64,000 nt of DNA, from assembly GCA_038206915.1 (NCBI GenBank), contig JBBRAI010000002.1, positions 5,510 to 69,509 on the forward strand, read 5' to 3'. The DNA is from Burkholderiales bacterium. Its GTDB lineage: Bacteria; Pseudomonadota; Gammaproteobacteria; Burkholderiales; SG8-39. The translations under genes and the position numbers were made by a program. The notes beneath the pieces were generated by a model. That model searched no databases. It was not told where the DNA came from and worked only from the letters and a program-made list of their open reading frames with translations. Positions 1 through 10,004 of this stretch are shown one piece after another. Numbering within the stretch: the first letter of the stretch is position 1; each line of letters opens with the position of its first letter.

Positions 1-837
1 GAAGGCCTTGCGCTGCAGCACGTAATCGAGCGTCAGGCGCAGCGCCCGGCTGGCGTGGCCGACCGCCATCGCCGATAGCGCGATGCGCTCGGTCTGGAAA
101 TTCTGCATGAGCGCGTAGAAGCCGCGGTTCTCCTCGCCCAGCAGGTTTTGCGCCGGGATGCGGCAGTCCTCGAACACGAGCTCCGCGGTATCCGAGCAAA
201 GCCAGCCGGTTTTTTTGAGCGCGCGGCCGACGCGAAAGCCCGGCGTGCCCTTCTCGACGATGAACATCGATAGCCCGTGCGAGCGCGCAGTGTCGGCGCC
301 GGCTTGCGCCGCGGTGCGCGCGGCGATGAAATACAGGTCGGCATGCACGCCGTTGGTGATGAACATTTTCGTGCCGTCGAGCACCCAGGCGTCGCCGTCG
401 CGGCGCGCGCGCGTGCGCAGGCCGGCCACGTCGGAGCCCGCGTCGGGTTCGGTGATGCCCACGGCGGTGATCAGCTCGCCGCGGATGATTCCGGGCAGAT
501 AGCGCTCGAGTTGCGCCTTCGTGCCCGCGTGCACGAGATGTGGCGAAGCCATGTCGGTGTGCACCAGCACGGTCACGATGAAGCCGCCGAAAGTCGACTC
601 GGACAGCGCCTCGGCGAACACCAGGTTGGTGAGCGCGTCGGCGCCGGCGCCGCCGCAGGCTTCGGGATAGCTGATGCCGAAAAAGCCGAGTGCCCCCATC
701 CTGCGCAGCACTTCGCGCGGCACGCAGCCGTCCTCCTCCCACTGCGTACCAAACGGCTCGACTTCGTTCGCGACGAAGCGGCGCACCTGCTCGCGCAGCG
801 CCTCGTGCTCCGGGGTGATGTAGACCGACTCCGCCAT
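1..837 (-). CDS. acyl-CoA dehydrogenase (N-terminal 279 codons; C-terminus runs off the left edge)
   Basis: Not in the ORF track because there is no stop in the window. Manual reverse translation from ATG (835-837) gives [21 protein letters not shown]...ITEPDAGSDVAGL...FEDCRIPAQNLLGEENRGFY...GHASRALRLTLDYVLQRKAF, typical ACAD domains. Its start overlaps the stop of the upstream gene by 1 nt (TGATG). Confidence 0.8.
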   Translation of the reverse strand, partial: MAESVYITPEHEALREQVRRFVANEVEPFGTQWEEDGCVPREVLRRMGALGFFGISYPEACGGAGADALTNLVFAEALSESTFGGFIVTVLVHTDMASPHLVHAGTKAQLERYLPGIIRGELITAVGITEPDAGSDVAGLRTRARRDGDAWVLDGTKMFITNGVHADLYFIAARTAAQAGADTARSHGLSMFIVEKGTPGFRVGRALKKTGWLCSDTAELVFEDCRIPAQNLLGEENRGFYALMQNFQTERIALSAMAVGHASRALRLTLDYVLQRKAF

Positions 838-2444
838 CACATGCGGAACACGCCGAATTTCGTCGGCTCGATCGGCGCATTGAGCGCGGCCGAAAGCGCG
901 AGGCCGAGCACCCGGCGCGTGTCCTCGGGCGCGATCACGCCGTCGTCCCACAGCCGCGCGCTGGCGTAATACGGGTGGCCGTGCAGGTCGTACTGTTCCA
1001 GGATCGGCTGCTTGAACGCCTCTTCCTCTTCCTTGCTCCAGCTGCCGCCCTTGGCTTCGATGCCGTCGCGCTTGACCGTGGCCAGCACCGCAGCCGCCTG
1101 CGCGCCGCCCATGACCGACACGCGCGCGTTGGGCCACATCCACAGGAATCGGGGCGAATAGGCGCGGCCGCACATGCCGTAGTTGCCCGCGCCGTAGCTG
1201 CCGCCGATGATGAGGGTGAACTTGGGCACGCGCGCGCAGGATACCGCCGTGACCATCTTGGCGCCGTCGCGGGCGATGCCGCTGGTTTCGTATTTCTTGC
1301 CCACCATGAAGCCGGTGATGTTCTGCAAGAACAATAGCGGGATTCCGCGCTGCGAACACAGCTCGATGAAATGCGCCGCCTTCAGCGCCGATTCCGAATA
1401 CAGGATGCCGTTGTTGGCGACGATGCCGATCGGGTAGCCGTGGATATGCGCGAAGCCGGTCACCAGCGTGGTACCGTAGTTCTGCTTGAATTCGTCGAGC
1501 TCGCTCGCGTCGACGAAACGCGCGATGACCTCGCGCACGTCGTAGGGCTTGCGCGTGTCCGCCGGGATCACGCCGCGCAGTTCTTCCGCCGGATACAGCG
1601 GCTCGCGCGGCTCGCGCAGCACCGTGCCCACGCGCTTTACGCGGTTGAAGTTGGAAACGATGGTGCGCGCGATCGACAACGCATGCGCGTCGTTCACCGC
1701 GTAATGGTCGGCCACGCCGGACTGGCGCGTGTGCACGTCGGCGCCGCCAAGCTCCTCGGGCGTAACCACTTCGCCGGTCGCCGCCTTCACCAGCGGCGGG
1801 CCGCCGAGGAATATCGTGCCCTGGCCCTTGACGATGACGGTCTCGTCGGACATCGCCGGCACGTAGGCGCCGCCGGCGGTGCACGAGCCCATCACCACCG
1901 CGATCTGCGGGATGCCGGCCGCCGACATGTTCGCCTGGTTGTAGAAAATGCGGCCGAAGTGCTCGCGGTCGGGAAACACCTCTTCCCAGGTGGGCAGGTT
2001 GGCGCCGCCCGAGTCGACGAGATAGATGCACGGCAGATTGTTCTGCGCCGCGATCTCCTGCGCGCGCAGGTGCTTTTTCACCGTCATCGGGAAATAGGTG
2101 CCGCCCTTCACCGTGGCGTCGTTCACCACCAGCATGCATTCTTGGCCCAGCACGCGGCCGATGCCGGTGATGACGCCGGCGCAGGGCGCCTCGTTGTCGT
2201 ACATGTCGAGCGCCGCGAGCTGCGACAACTCCAGAAACGGCGAGCCCGCGTCAAGCAGGCTGCGCACGCGTTCGCGCGGCAACAGCTTCCCCCGGGCGAC
2301 ATGCTTGGCGCGCGCCGCCTCGCCGCCGCCCGCCGCGACCTGGTCGATCCTGGCTTGCAGGTCTTCGACCAGCGCGGACATCGCCGCGGCGTTGGCGCGG
2401 AACTCGGCCGAACGCGCGTTGAGGTTGGTTTTCAGTATGCTCAT
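837..2444 (-). CDS. liuB: methylcrotonyl-CoA carboxylase, carboxyltransferase (beta) subunit
   Basis: ORF 837..2600 trimmed to the internal [22 protein letters not shown] start (ATG at 2442-2444). The protein is 535 aa with full-length acyl-CoA carboxylase beta features ([36 protein letters not shown]). Confidence 0.85.
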   Translation of the reverse strand: MSILKTNLNARSAEFRANAAAMSALVEDLQARIDQVAAGGGEAARAKHVARGKLLPRERVRSLLDAGSPFLELSQLAALDMYDNEAPCAGVITGIGRVLGQECMLVVNDATVKGGTYFPMTVKKHLRAQEIAAQNNLPCIYLVDSGGANLPTWEEVFPDREHFGRIFYNQANMSAAGIPQIAVVMGSCTAGGAYVPAMSDETVIVKGQGTIFLGGPPLVKAATGEVVTPEELGGADVHTRQSGVADHYAVNDAHALSIARTIVSNFNRVKRVGTVLREPREPLYPAEELRGVIPADTRKPYDVREVIARFVDASELDEFKQNYGTTLVTGFAHIHGYPIGIVANNGILYSESALKAAHFIELCSQRGIPLLFLQNITGFMVGKKYETSGIARDGAKMVTAVSCARVPKFTLIIGGSYGAGNYGMCGRAYSPRFLWMWPNARVSVMGGAQAAAVLATVKRDGIEAKGGSWSKEEEEAFKQPILEQYDLHGHPYYASARLWDDGVIAPEDTRRVLGLALSAALNAPIEPTKFGVFRM

Positions 2445-2662
2445 GGCAGGCGCCGGGAAAAATGGGATCGGCGCGCCGGGGACGCGCGCGCGAAAAGGGG
2501 CATTATAGCAACCGCCTGCCCAGGCATTCGCCCGCGCTGACGACGCTGTACGCGCCCCGCGCGCGGCGTGATTGACTTCACCGCTACGCTCCCGCATCAT
2601 TTCGCCGGCGCCGCGCAGCCAGCGGCGTTAACGTCAATCAACGCCACGAGCCGAATCCACCA

Positions 2663-3205
2663 ATGTCCCGCATCCTGCTGCTCCATGCCAGCGCCGAAGG
2701 CCAGACCACGCAGATCGCCGAGCGCATCGCAAAAGTGCTCAGGGAAAAGGCGCACAGCGTGGAAATGCTGCCGGCCGACGCCGACCCGTCGCGCCTGGAC
2801 CCGGCGGCATACGACGGGGTCCTGATAGGCGCGTCGATCCACTACGGAAACCATCCGGCTTACCTGCGCAAGCTGGTAGCCCGGCATCGCGCGGCGCTCG
2901 ATGCGCGGCCGAACGCATTTTTTTCGGTGAGCCTGAGCGCCGGCGGGCCGCGCCCCAAGCCTGCGGCGGCGCAGCGCTATATCGACAAATTCCAGCGCAA
3001 GACCGGCTGGCAGCCGCAGCTGATCGCGAGTTTTGCAGGGGCGGTCAAGTACAGCGTGTACGGGCCGATCAAGCGCCGCGTGATGATCGTGTTCGTCGGC
3101 CTGGGCGGGGGCGAGACCGTCACCTCGCGCGACTACGAGTACACCGACTGGGGCGCGGTGGAGCGCTTTGCGCAGGACTACGCACAGCGCCTGGCGCGGG
3201 CCTGA
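2663..3205 (+). CDS. hemG: menaquinone-dependent protoporphyrinogen IX oxidase (flavodoxin-like)
   Basis: The 180-aa ORF MSRILLLHASAEGQTTQIAERIA...IHYGNHPAYLRKLV has HemG-type length and motifs. Confidence 0.8.
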   Translation: MSRILLLHASAEGQTTQIAERIAKVLREKAHSVEMLPADADPSRLDPAAYDGVLIGASIHYGNHPAYLRKLVARHRAALDARPNAFFSVSLSAGGPRPKPAAAQRYIDKFQRKTGWQPQLIASFAGAVKYSVYGPIKRRVMIVFVGLGGGETVTSRDYEYTDWGAVERFAQDYAQRLARA

Positions 3206-3381
3206 GCTTCGATTCCGGCGCGGCGGCGCTTCAGCCGGCTACGCGCACGCACACCTGCACTTCATCGCGCGCGGGATGCGGCGCGCCTACCGGCGCGTCA
3301 GGGCTGGCGGAAATCGCCTCCCCGCCAGATCGGCGGACGGGCGCACAACGGAGAACCGCTCAAAAGGCGGTGGTTGAAACG

Positions 3382-4677
3382 ATGAGCACGAAATCGGGCA
3401 TACAAGCGAACACGCCGGCGGCGACCGCCGGCTGGCGCACCGGGCTGTGGGGCAACCGCGACTTTCTCAAGTTGTGGGGCTCCCTGACCATCACCCATTT
3501 CGGCGGGCAGATCACGACGCTTGCGCTGCCGCTGACGGCGGCGCTGTTCCTGCGCGCCGCGCCGTTCGAAATGGGTGTGCTGGTCGCGCTGGAGGCGCTG
3601 CCATTTACGCTGTTCGGGCTGTTCGCCGGGGTAATCGTGGACCGCTTTCCGAAACTTCCCATCATCATCTGGGCCGACGCCGGGCGCGGGCTTGCGCTGC
3701 TCACGGTGCCGCTATGCGCCTGGGCCGGCTGGCTCAGCATGCCGGTTCTGTACATCGCCGGGTTTGCGGTGGGCTTGGGCGGCGTGTTCGGCTGGCCTGC
3801 TTATCAGGTATTCATGACCGAGCGTGTCGGCCGCGGCAACCTGGTCGAGGCGAACTCGAAGATGGCGATGTCGGATTCGGCCGCGCAGTTGGTGGGGCCG
3901 GGCATCGCCGGCGCGTTGATGCATTGGCTCACCGCGCCGTTCGCCATCCTCGCCGATGCCATCGCCTTCTTCTGCTCGGCGTTGTTGCTGCGCGGCATCG
4001 AAACTGCAGTCAGCGACGCGCCCAAGCACAGCGGCGAGCATATATGGTCGGATATACGCGAAGGCTTGCATGCGATCTGGCACAACCGGATTCTGCGCGC
4101 ACTCGCCTGGGCCTTGGCCGTGTGGCAGATATTCCGTTTCGCGTTTTTGGCCGTGGTCGTATTGTTCGCGACGCGCGATCTGGGGTTCTCGTCCGGGCGC
4201 GTCGGCGCGGTGTTCACGATGGCCGGCGTCGGATCGCTTGCCGCTGCATGGGCGGTAGCGCCGCTCAACCGCCGTTTTGGCGTCGGCCCGACCATGTTGG
4301 GCGGCCTGCTCGGGACCGGCATCGGCTGGACGGTCATCGGCCTGGCTGCGGGGCCCTTGCTTGCAGCGTCGCTGGTGTTCGGCTTGGGGCTGTTCCTGCT
4401 CGACCTCGGCGCCATGATGTTCTTCATCAACTATCTCGTGCTTAGGCAGGCGGTAACGCACGACCGGCTGCTCGGCCGCGTGACGGCGACCATGATCTGC
4501 CTCACAGTGGCGACGGCGCCGCTCGGCGGGCTTGCCGGCGGCTGGATTGCGGAGCACGCCGGACTGCGCGCGACCATATTGCTTGCGGGGCTTGGCGCCA
4601 TGCTGCTCACACCGCTGGTGGCGTGGCTGTCGCCGCTGGCGCGCCTGCGTTCGCTATCCGAGGTCGGGCAAAGCTAG
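3382..4677 (+). CDS. MFS transporter
   Basis: The ORF is about 430 aa, highly hydrophobic and multi-span (ORF 3370..4677). I chose the ATG at 3382 over the GTG at 3370, so the start is uncertain. Confidence 0.75.
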   Translation: MSTKSGIQANTPAATAGWRTGLWGNRDFLKLWGSLTITHFGGQITTLALPLTAALFLRAAPFEMGVLVALEALPFTLFGLFAGVIVDRFPKLPIIIWADAGRGLALLTVPLCAWAGWLSMPVLYIAGFAVGLGGVFGWPAYQVFMTERVGRGNLVEANSKMAMSDSAAQLVGPGIAGALMHWLTAPFAILADAIAFFCSALLLRGIETAVSDAPKHSGEHIWSDIREGLHAIWHNRILRALAWALAVWQIFRFAFLAVVVLFATRDLGFSSGRVGAVFTMAGVGSLAAAWAVAPLNRRFGVGPTMLGGLLGTGIGWTVIGLAAGPLLAASLVFGLGLFLLDLGAMMFFINYLVLRQAVTHDRLLGRVTATMICLTVATAPLGGLAGGWIAEHAGLRATILLAGLGAMLLTPLVAWLSPLARLRSLSEVGQS

Positions 4678-4727
4678 GCCGACATTTCCGCCAATTTCAT
4701 TGATGAACCTGGATGGAGGAAAACACA

Positions 4728-6719
4728 GTGAGCTATGACGTCGAACAGCATATCGCGCTCAGGCGCGTATCCGAGGTCGCGGCCTCGCCCTGCGGCACCT
4801 GGCTTGCCGTGGCGGTGCAACGGCTGGACCGCGACGGCGCGAAATACGCGAGCGACCTGTGGAAGATCCCCACGGACGGGGGCGCGGCGGTGCAACTCAC
4901 GCGCGGCGACTGCAAGGATTTCGCGCCCGGTTTCCGCCACGACGGTGCGCTCGCGTTCCTGTCGAACCGTCAGCCGAACGAAATCAAGCCCGACGAGGAT
5001 GCCGAGAAGCGCATGCAGGTGTGGATTCTGCCCGGCGATGGCGGCGAACCAAAGCAACTCACCGACGAGCCGCTGGGCGTGGACGCATTTCGGTTCGCGA
5101 AACAGGCTCCTCGACTGGTTTTGTTTGCCCCGGTGATCCACGGCGTCGCGCCGGAGAAACAGCGCGAAACCGCCGCGACGCGCGCCAAGAACGGGCCCAG
5201 CGCGCGACGCCTCAATGCGCAGCCGGTGCGCCACTGGGACCAGTGGCTGCACGACAACGACGACCTGGAGACGACGCACTTGATCGCGTGCGACGCCGCC
5301 GGCGCCGCACGCGTCGATCTCACCCCGGATGCGCGGCGCGAATTCGCCATCGAGCCCGCGCTGGACGTTTCCGCTGACGGCAAACGGGTCGTCGCGACGC
5401 GACAAAGCCCGGGCAAGGACCGCGAAACCGACACGACGTTACTGGTCATCGACATCGAATCGAACACGCGCCGCGTCCACGGCGCGGCCGACAATGTGAA
5501 CTTCGAAGCACCGGCGTTCTCGCCGGATGGCCGCAGTATCGCCGCCGTGCGCATGACGCGCAGCCCGGACGTGGTCATGCGGCCGCTGTTGACGATTGTC
5601 GATGCCGCCAGCGGCGAAATGCGGCAACTCGCGGCAAAGTGGGATCGCTGGCCGAACCTCGCGTGTTGGAGTTTGGACGGCAGTCAATTGCTGGTCACCG
5701 CGGACGACGCAGGCGACACGCCGGTGTTCGCCATCGAAGCCGCAAGCGGCGCGGTGGAGCGCATCAGCGCACGCGCATCCGGCGGAGCACACTCGAATCT
5801 AGCGGCGCTCGCCGACGGCCGCGTCGCCGGCGTCCGCTCGACCCTGCTCGATGCGCCGGAGTGCTTCGTGATCGAAGCGCGAGCCGATGCGCAGCCTGCG
5901 GCGATTGCGTGCCTGTCGGGTTTCGCCGGCGCGCACGACTGGGCCGAGGTGGAGCGCTTCAGCGTGCCCTCGACCGACGGCACCCCGATCCAGAGCTTCC
6001 TCGTCAAGCCCAAAGGCGCGGCGGGGCGCCTGCCGCTTGCGCTCTGGATCCACGGCGGGCCGATCGGCATGGACCAGGACGGCTGGCACTGGCGCTGGAA
6101 TCCGCTGCTCATGGTGGCGCAGGGTTATGCAGTGGCGCTGCCCAACCCACGCGGCTCCACCGGCTTCGGGCAGGAATTCATCCAGGGCATCTGGGGCAAC
6201 GTGTGGGGGGACCAGTGCTACAAGGATCTCATGGCGGTAACTGACGCGCTGGTGGCGCGCCCCGACATCGACGCGGCGCGCACCATGGCCATGGGCGGCT
6301 CGTTCGGCGGCTACATGACCAATTGGATCGGCACCCAGACCGGGCGCTTCAAGTGCCTGATCACCCACGCGAGTGTCGCCACCATGGCGCAATTTACCGG
6401 CACAACCGACCATCCGGCCTGGTGGTACCTGGAAATGGGCGGAGAGAATCCGTACGCCGACATGGAACATTTCGACCGCTATGCGCCGATACGCTACGTG
6501 AAAGACTGGAAGTCCCCGGTGCTGATCATCCACGGCGAATGTGATTACCGCTGCCCGATCAACGAAGGGCTCAACCTGTTCGAGGCGCTGCAGTATCACG
6601 GCGTGGACAGCGAGATGCTGGTGTTTCCGGACGAGAATCACTGGATACTCAAGCCGCGCAACGTGGTGGCGTGGTACCAGGCGGTGCTCGAATTCACCGG
6701 CCGGCACCTGCGCGGATAA
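4728..6719 (+). CDS. S9 family serine peptidase (prolyl oligopeptidase / acylaminoacyl-peptidase type)
   Basis: ORF 4713..6719 has an N-terminal beta-propeller-like region and a C-terminal alpha/beta hydrolase with the GGSFGGYM nucleophile elbow. The in-frame GTG at 4728 follows GGAGGA with 7-nt spacing. The ATG at 4713 is the alternative start. Confidence 0.8.
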   Translation: MSYDVEQHIALRRVSEVAASPCGTWLAVAVQRLDRDGAKYASDLWKIPTDGGAAVQLTRGDCKDFAPGFRHDGALAFLSNRQPNEIKPDEDAEKRMQVWILPGDGGEPKQLTDEPLGVDAFRFAKQAPRLVLFAPVIHGVAPEKQRETAATRAKNGPSARRLNAQPVRHWDQWLHDNDDLETTHLIACDAAGAARVDLTPDARREFAIEPALDVSADGKRVVATRQSPGKDRETDTTLLVIDIESNTRRVHGAADNVNFEAPAFSPDGRSIAAVRMTRSPDVVMRPLLTIVDAASGEMRQLAAKWDRWPNLACWSLDGSQLLVTADDAGDTPVFAIEAASGAVERISARASGGAHSNLAALADGRVAGVRSTLLDAPECFVIEARADAQPAAIACLSGFAGAHDWAEVERFSVPSTDGTPIQSFLVKPKGAAGRLPLALWIHGGPIGMDQDGWHWRWNPLLMVAQGYAVALPNPRGSTGFGQEFIQGIWGNVWGDQCYKDLMAVTDALVARPDIDAARTMAMGGSFGGYMTNWIGTQTGRFKCLITHASVATMAQFTGTTDHPAWWYLEMGGENPYADMEHFDRYAPIRYVKDWKSPVLIIHGECDYRCPINEGLNLFEALQYHGVDSEMLVFPDENHWILKPRNVVAWYQAVLEFTGRHLRG

Positions 6720-6760
6720 TGGGATTCCCCTCACGCTAACGACACAGGAGGAGCACATCC

Positions 6761-7882
6761 ATGGCGATCAAGCGCCCCAAAGGCAACTCCGGCACGCTGT
6801 TCGTGCTCGAGCACACATCGAAAATCCTCGAGGGCAATCCGCTCGGCGACCCGCATGTGCGCAAGCTCGGCGTGTGGCTGCCGCCGCAATACGACCAGGG
6901 CATCACCAAGCACGGCAGCACCCGCAGGCGCTTTCCGGTGCTGTGGGACCTGGTCGGGTTCACCGGATCGGGGCTCGCGCACACTGGCTGGAAGCCCTTC
7001 GGCGACAACGTCCCCGAGCGCGCCGCGCGCCTCATTCACGAGCAGAAGATGGGGCCGGCGATCATCGTATTTCCGGACTGCTTCACCGCGTTGGGCGGCA
7101 ACCAGTACGTCAATTCGCCGGCGATCGGCAACTACGCCGACTACCTCATCCGCGAACTCATTCCCTTAGTCGACCGCGAGTTCCGTACGCTGGCGCGGCG
7201 CGAACACCGCGGCTGCTTCGGCAAGTCCTCCGGCGGCTACGGCTCAATCATCCACGGCATGAAATACGCCAAGCACTGGGGCGCGATCGCCGAACATTCG
7301 GGCGATGCGTACTTCGATTTCGTCTATTGGCACGACTGGCCGAATACCCTGAACACGCTCTCCAGGTACCGCGCGACGAAGCGCAAGGCCGGCCCCGTGG
7401 ACGTGCGCCGCGAGGCGCGCTACCGCGGCGCCGAGGCCGGATTCGACGACGGGCGCATCAAGCGCTTTCTCGACCATGTGTGGAAACAGGAAAAGCTGTC
7501 CGCGGCCGAAGGCCACTGCATCATGAACATCTGCATGGCTGCCACCTACGACCCCGACGCGAAAGCGCCGCTCGGCTTCCGCGTACCGTTCAACCTGGAG
7601 ACGGGCGAGGCGCTGCCCGGGCGCTGGAACAACTGGCGCCGCAACGACCCGGTCAACCTGGTCGAGAAATACCGCGCCAACCTCAAATCGCTGCGCGGCA
7701 TTTACATCGATTGCGGCTGGCGCGACCAGTACCACATACACTACGGCAGCCGGATTCTGTCCAAACGCCTGGCCGAAGCGGGCATCCGCCACACTTACGA
7801 GGAGTTCGACGACGACCACTCCGACGTCGACTATCGCATGGACGTCAGCCTGCCGTTCTTGTACCACGCGTTGAAGCCTTAG
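6761..7882 (+). CDS. putative esterase family protein (enterochelin-esterase-like alpha/beta hydrolase)
   Basis: The 373-aa ORF is preceded by an AGGAGG RBS. It contains a GKSSGGYG serine-hydrolase elbow and FPVLWDLVGFTGSG, typical of the 'putative esterase' family. Confidence 0.7.
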   Translation: MAIKRPKGNSGTLFVLEHTSKILEGNPLGDPHVRKLGVWLPPQYDQGITKHGSTRRRFPVLWDLVGFTGSGLAHTGWKPFGDNVPERAARLIHEQKMGPAIIVFPDCFTALGGNQYVNSPAIGNYADYLIRELIPLVDREFRTLARREHRGCFGKSSGGYGSIIHGMKYAKHWGAIAEHSGDAYFDFVYWHDWPNTLNTLSRYRATKRKAGPVDVRREARYRGAEAGFDDGRIKRFLDHVWKQEKLSAAEGHCIMNICMAATYDPDAKAPLGFRVPFNLETGEALPGRWNNWRRNDPVNLVEKYRANLKSLRGIYIDCGWRDQYHIHYGSRILSKRLAEAGIRHTYEEFDDDHSDVDYRMDVSLPFLYHALKP

Positions 7883-7910
7883 GCGGTCGGGGCGACCGCC
7901 GCGTTTATTT
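7882..7910 (+). terminator. rho-independent terminator between the convergent esterase and FKBP genes
   Basis: There is an 8-bp GC stem, ggcggtcg/cgaccgcc, with loop ggg, followed by gcgtttattt. Confidence 0.55.
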
Positions 7911-8318
7911 CACGTCGAGCAGTTCCACGTCGAATATCAAGGTTTCACCCGGCGGGATCACGCCGCCCGCGCCGCGCTGGCCGTAGCCGAGCTCGCTCGG
8001 GATGATGAGCGTGCGCTTGCCGCCGACCTTCATCCCGGCCACACCCTGGTCCCAGCCCTTGATTACGCGTCCCGCGCCCAGCGGAAAGCTGAATGGGCCG
8101 CGGCCGATCGAACTGTCGAACTTAGCGCCGTACTTGTCCGCGGCCTTGGCGTCGTAGAGCCAGCCGGTGTAATTGACCTGCACCGTCGCGCCCGCGACCG
8201 CTTCTCTGCCCTTGCCGATCACCGTGTCGGTCTTGATCAGGCCGTCGGCGGCGACGGCCGCGCCGAAACTGAGTGTGAGCGCCAGCATTGACGCAGCGAG
8301 AAACAATCGATGCCTCAT
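7905..8318 (-). CDS. FKBP-type peptidyl-prolyl cis-trans isomerase (secreted)
   Basis: ORF 7905..8336 trimmed to MRHRLFLAASMLALTL (signal peptide, GGAGGAAGG RBS upstream). The FKBP core reads VNYTGWLYD...FDSS...PFSFPLGAGRVIKGWDQG...IPPGETLIFDVELLDVK. Confidence 0.9.
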   Translation of the reverse strand: MRHRLFLAASMLALTLSFGAAVAADGLIKTDTVIGKGREAVAGATVQVNYTGWLYDAKAADKYGAKFDSSIGRGPFSFPLGAGRVIKGWDQGVAGMKVGGKRTLIIPSELGYGQRGAGGVIPPGETLIFDVELLDVK

Positions 8319-8827
8319 GAGCTTTCCTTCCTCCAAGGTAAATGACCGGACCGGATTGCCGGCTTTCGCGTTGCGGCCTGACGGTCGCGATTATCGCTCT
8401 GTTCAGCCTGTGCGCCAAACCGGCTGCGCGCGCTTAAACGCTTCCTTGGGTTCTCAGCGCTTGCCTTCGTGCTCCTCGCCCCCCTAGCGGCCACAGCTGA
8501 TGCGTATCTGGCAGCTGGCGATAGCGCACCTCCACTGATGCCAGGCAGCGTTGTAGACAAAATCCGAGGAATCCGCTCCCGTTACTTTCCGCTTTTCGTA
8601 CTTGCGAGACCGATTGAACCCGGGACCGGCCGGGTCGCGTCAAACGCATGACCAGCTCTGTTCTAAAGCAACTGTGCTGCAGCGCATCAATTGATTGGAC
8701 TGAGTATAGACAGAGGCGATCAAGGCCATCCGAACTGGCGATTGGATTATTTCGGGCAGCGGACGTATATTTACTCAACACAGTGCATTTTGCGCTACTG
8801 AGTCATATAGATAAGAGAGAAAAGAAA

Positions 8828-9103
8828 ATGAAATTTTACCCGCCTATTTACCCTGGTGAAAGCCTTTTCCACCCAGGTAAGTTTCCCGGAGGCGATGCAG
8901 ACGGGGCCTGGACTGCAGCCGCGTTTCTGTCATTTTTTGTGCGTAGCAATACGCGCCCGGAGGCCATACCCGAAGTCAGCGTCAACGTACTTGCCGTCGA
9001 GCAGCAAGCCCGCGCCGCACGCAATGCCTGGATTGCCGGCGAGCTCAAGTCCTACTACGCCTCGATCATGCACCGGCTCGGTCGCGCGGCAAAGGCCGCG
9101 TAG
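8828..9103 (+). CDS. hypothetical small protein (91 aa)
   Basis: This is the MKFYPPIYPGESLF... portion of ORF 8648..9103, preceded by a purine-rich stretch. I recognise no family, and the local GC looks lower than the surroundings. Confidence 0.3.
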   Translation: MKFYPPIYPGESLFHPGKFPGGDADGAWTAAAFLSFFVRSNTRPEAIPEVSVNVLAVEQQARAARNAWIAGELKSYYASIMHRLGRAAKAA

Positions 9104-9137
9104 TCCGGCAGCGAAGCAGAATCGCGCGTTCGTCGCA

Positions 9138-10004
9138 TCAGCGCTTGCGCGCTATCACGTCCATGCCGCAGCGGTAGCGCGCGCTTACATCGTAATGCAG
9201 CGGCTCGAAGCCGCATTCCTCCAGCAGCGCGTACAGCCGGGTGCGGCTGAAGCAATGGAAATGTTCCAGTTCGCCCCAGTAGGGGTTGGCCTGCTGCACA
9301 TCGAGCGCGCGCCAGACCGCTGTGTCGATGTTGGGCGTGGACACGAACAGCAGGCCGCGCGGCGCAAGCAGGCCTGCGGCGCGCTCCAGCGCAGGACGCG
9401 GGAACGCGAGATGCTCGAGCACATCGGCGAGCGAAATCACCTGGAACGCGGACACCTCATCGAGCTCCAGGATGCCGCAGCAGCGCGCATCAAAACCCAG
9501 CGCCTGCAGCCGGGCTACGCTTGATGCTCGCAGGTCCAGACCCAGCGGCCGGTAGCCCCACTCGGCCGCGGTGAATACCAGGGAGCCGTTGCCGAAGCCG
9601 ACGTCGAGCCAGCGCATCGGTGCGGCGCCTGCACGTCCAGGCGCGGCGTCGAGGTGCGCGGTGACGCGCTCTACCACGCCGGCCCACAGCGCACGTTGGC
9701 GCTCCACGTCCTCGCCGGGGGCCTGCCCCGCGGGTGTGGCGGCGAACACCAGCGCTTCCGCCGCCTGGTTGAAATAGCCCTCGGTGAACACGTGGCCGCA
9801 GCCGTGGCAGCGGCACCATGCGATGCTCGCGGGCAGCGCCGGTTGATACAGCGGATGGCGCGTGCAGTCGGCCTCGATCAGGTCGAGGATGGCCGCATCG
9901 CCGCACAGCGGGCAGGACGCGTAGGCGATGCGCGCCGGCTCGATTTCAACCTCCGGCGAGCGCGCGTCCGATGACCATGCGCTGGATGTCGCTCGCGCCT
10001 TCAT
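9138..10004 (-). CDS. class I SAM-dependent methyltransferase with an N-terminal Cys4 zinc-ribbon
   Basis: A WLDVGFGNGSL SAM-binding motif I is followed by an acidic motif ISLADVLEH. The N-terminus has CPLCG...CRCHGCG. The start is uncertain because the annotated start overlaps the upstream ACAD gene by 59 nt. Confidence 0.7.
   Translation of the reverse strand: MKARATSSAWSSDARSPEVEIEPARIAYASCPLCGDAAILDLIEADCTRHPLYQPALPASIAWCRCHGCGHVFTEGYFNQAAEALVFAATPAGQAPGEDVERQRALWAGVVERVTAHLDAAPGRAGAAPMRWLDVGFGNGSLVFTAAEWGYRPLGLDLRASSVARLQALGFDARCCGILELDEVSAFQVISLADVLEHLAFPRPALERAAGLLAPRGLLFVSTPNIDTAVWRALDVQQANPYWGELEHFHCFSRTRLYALLEECGFEPLHYDVSARYRCGMDVIARKR

Noticed and set aside
6541-7986. A 481-aa plus-strand ORF overlaps the end of the S9 peptidase and the whole esterase gene.
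   Set aside because: The translation is extremely Arg/Pro-rich and out of frame with the well-supported esterase ORF, which has a strong RBS.
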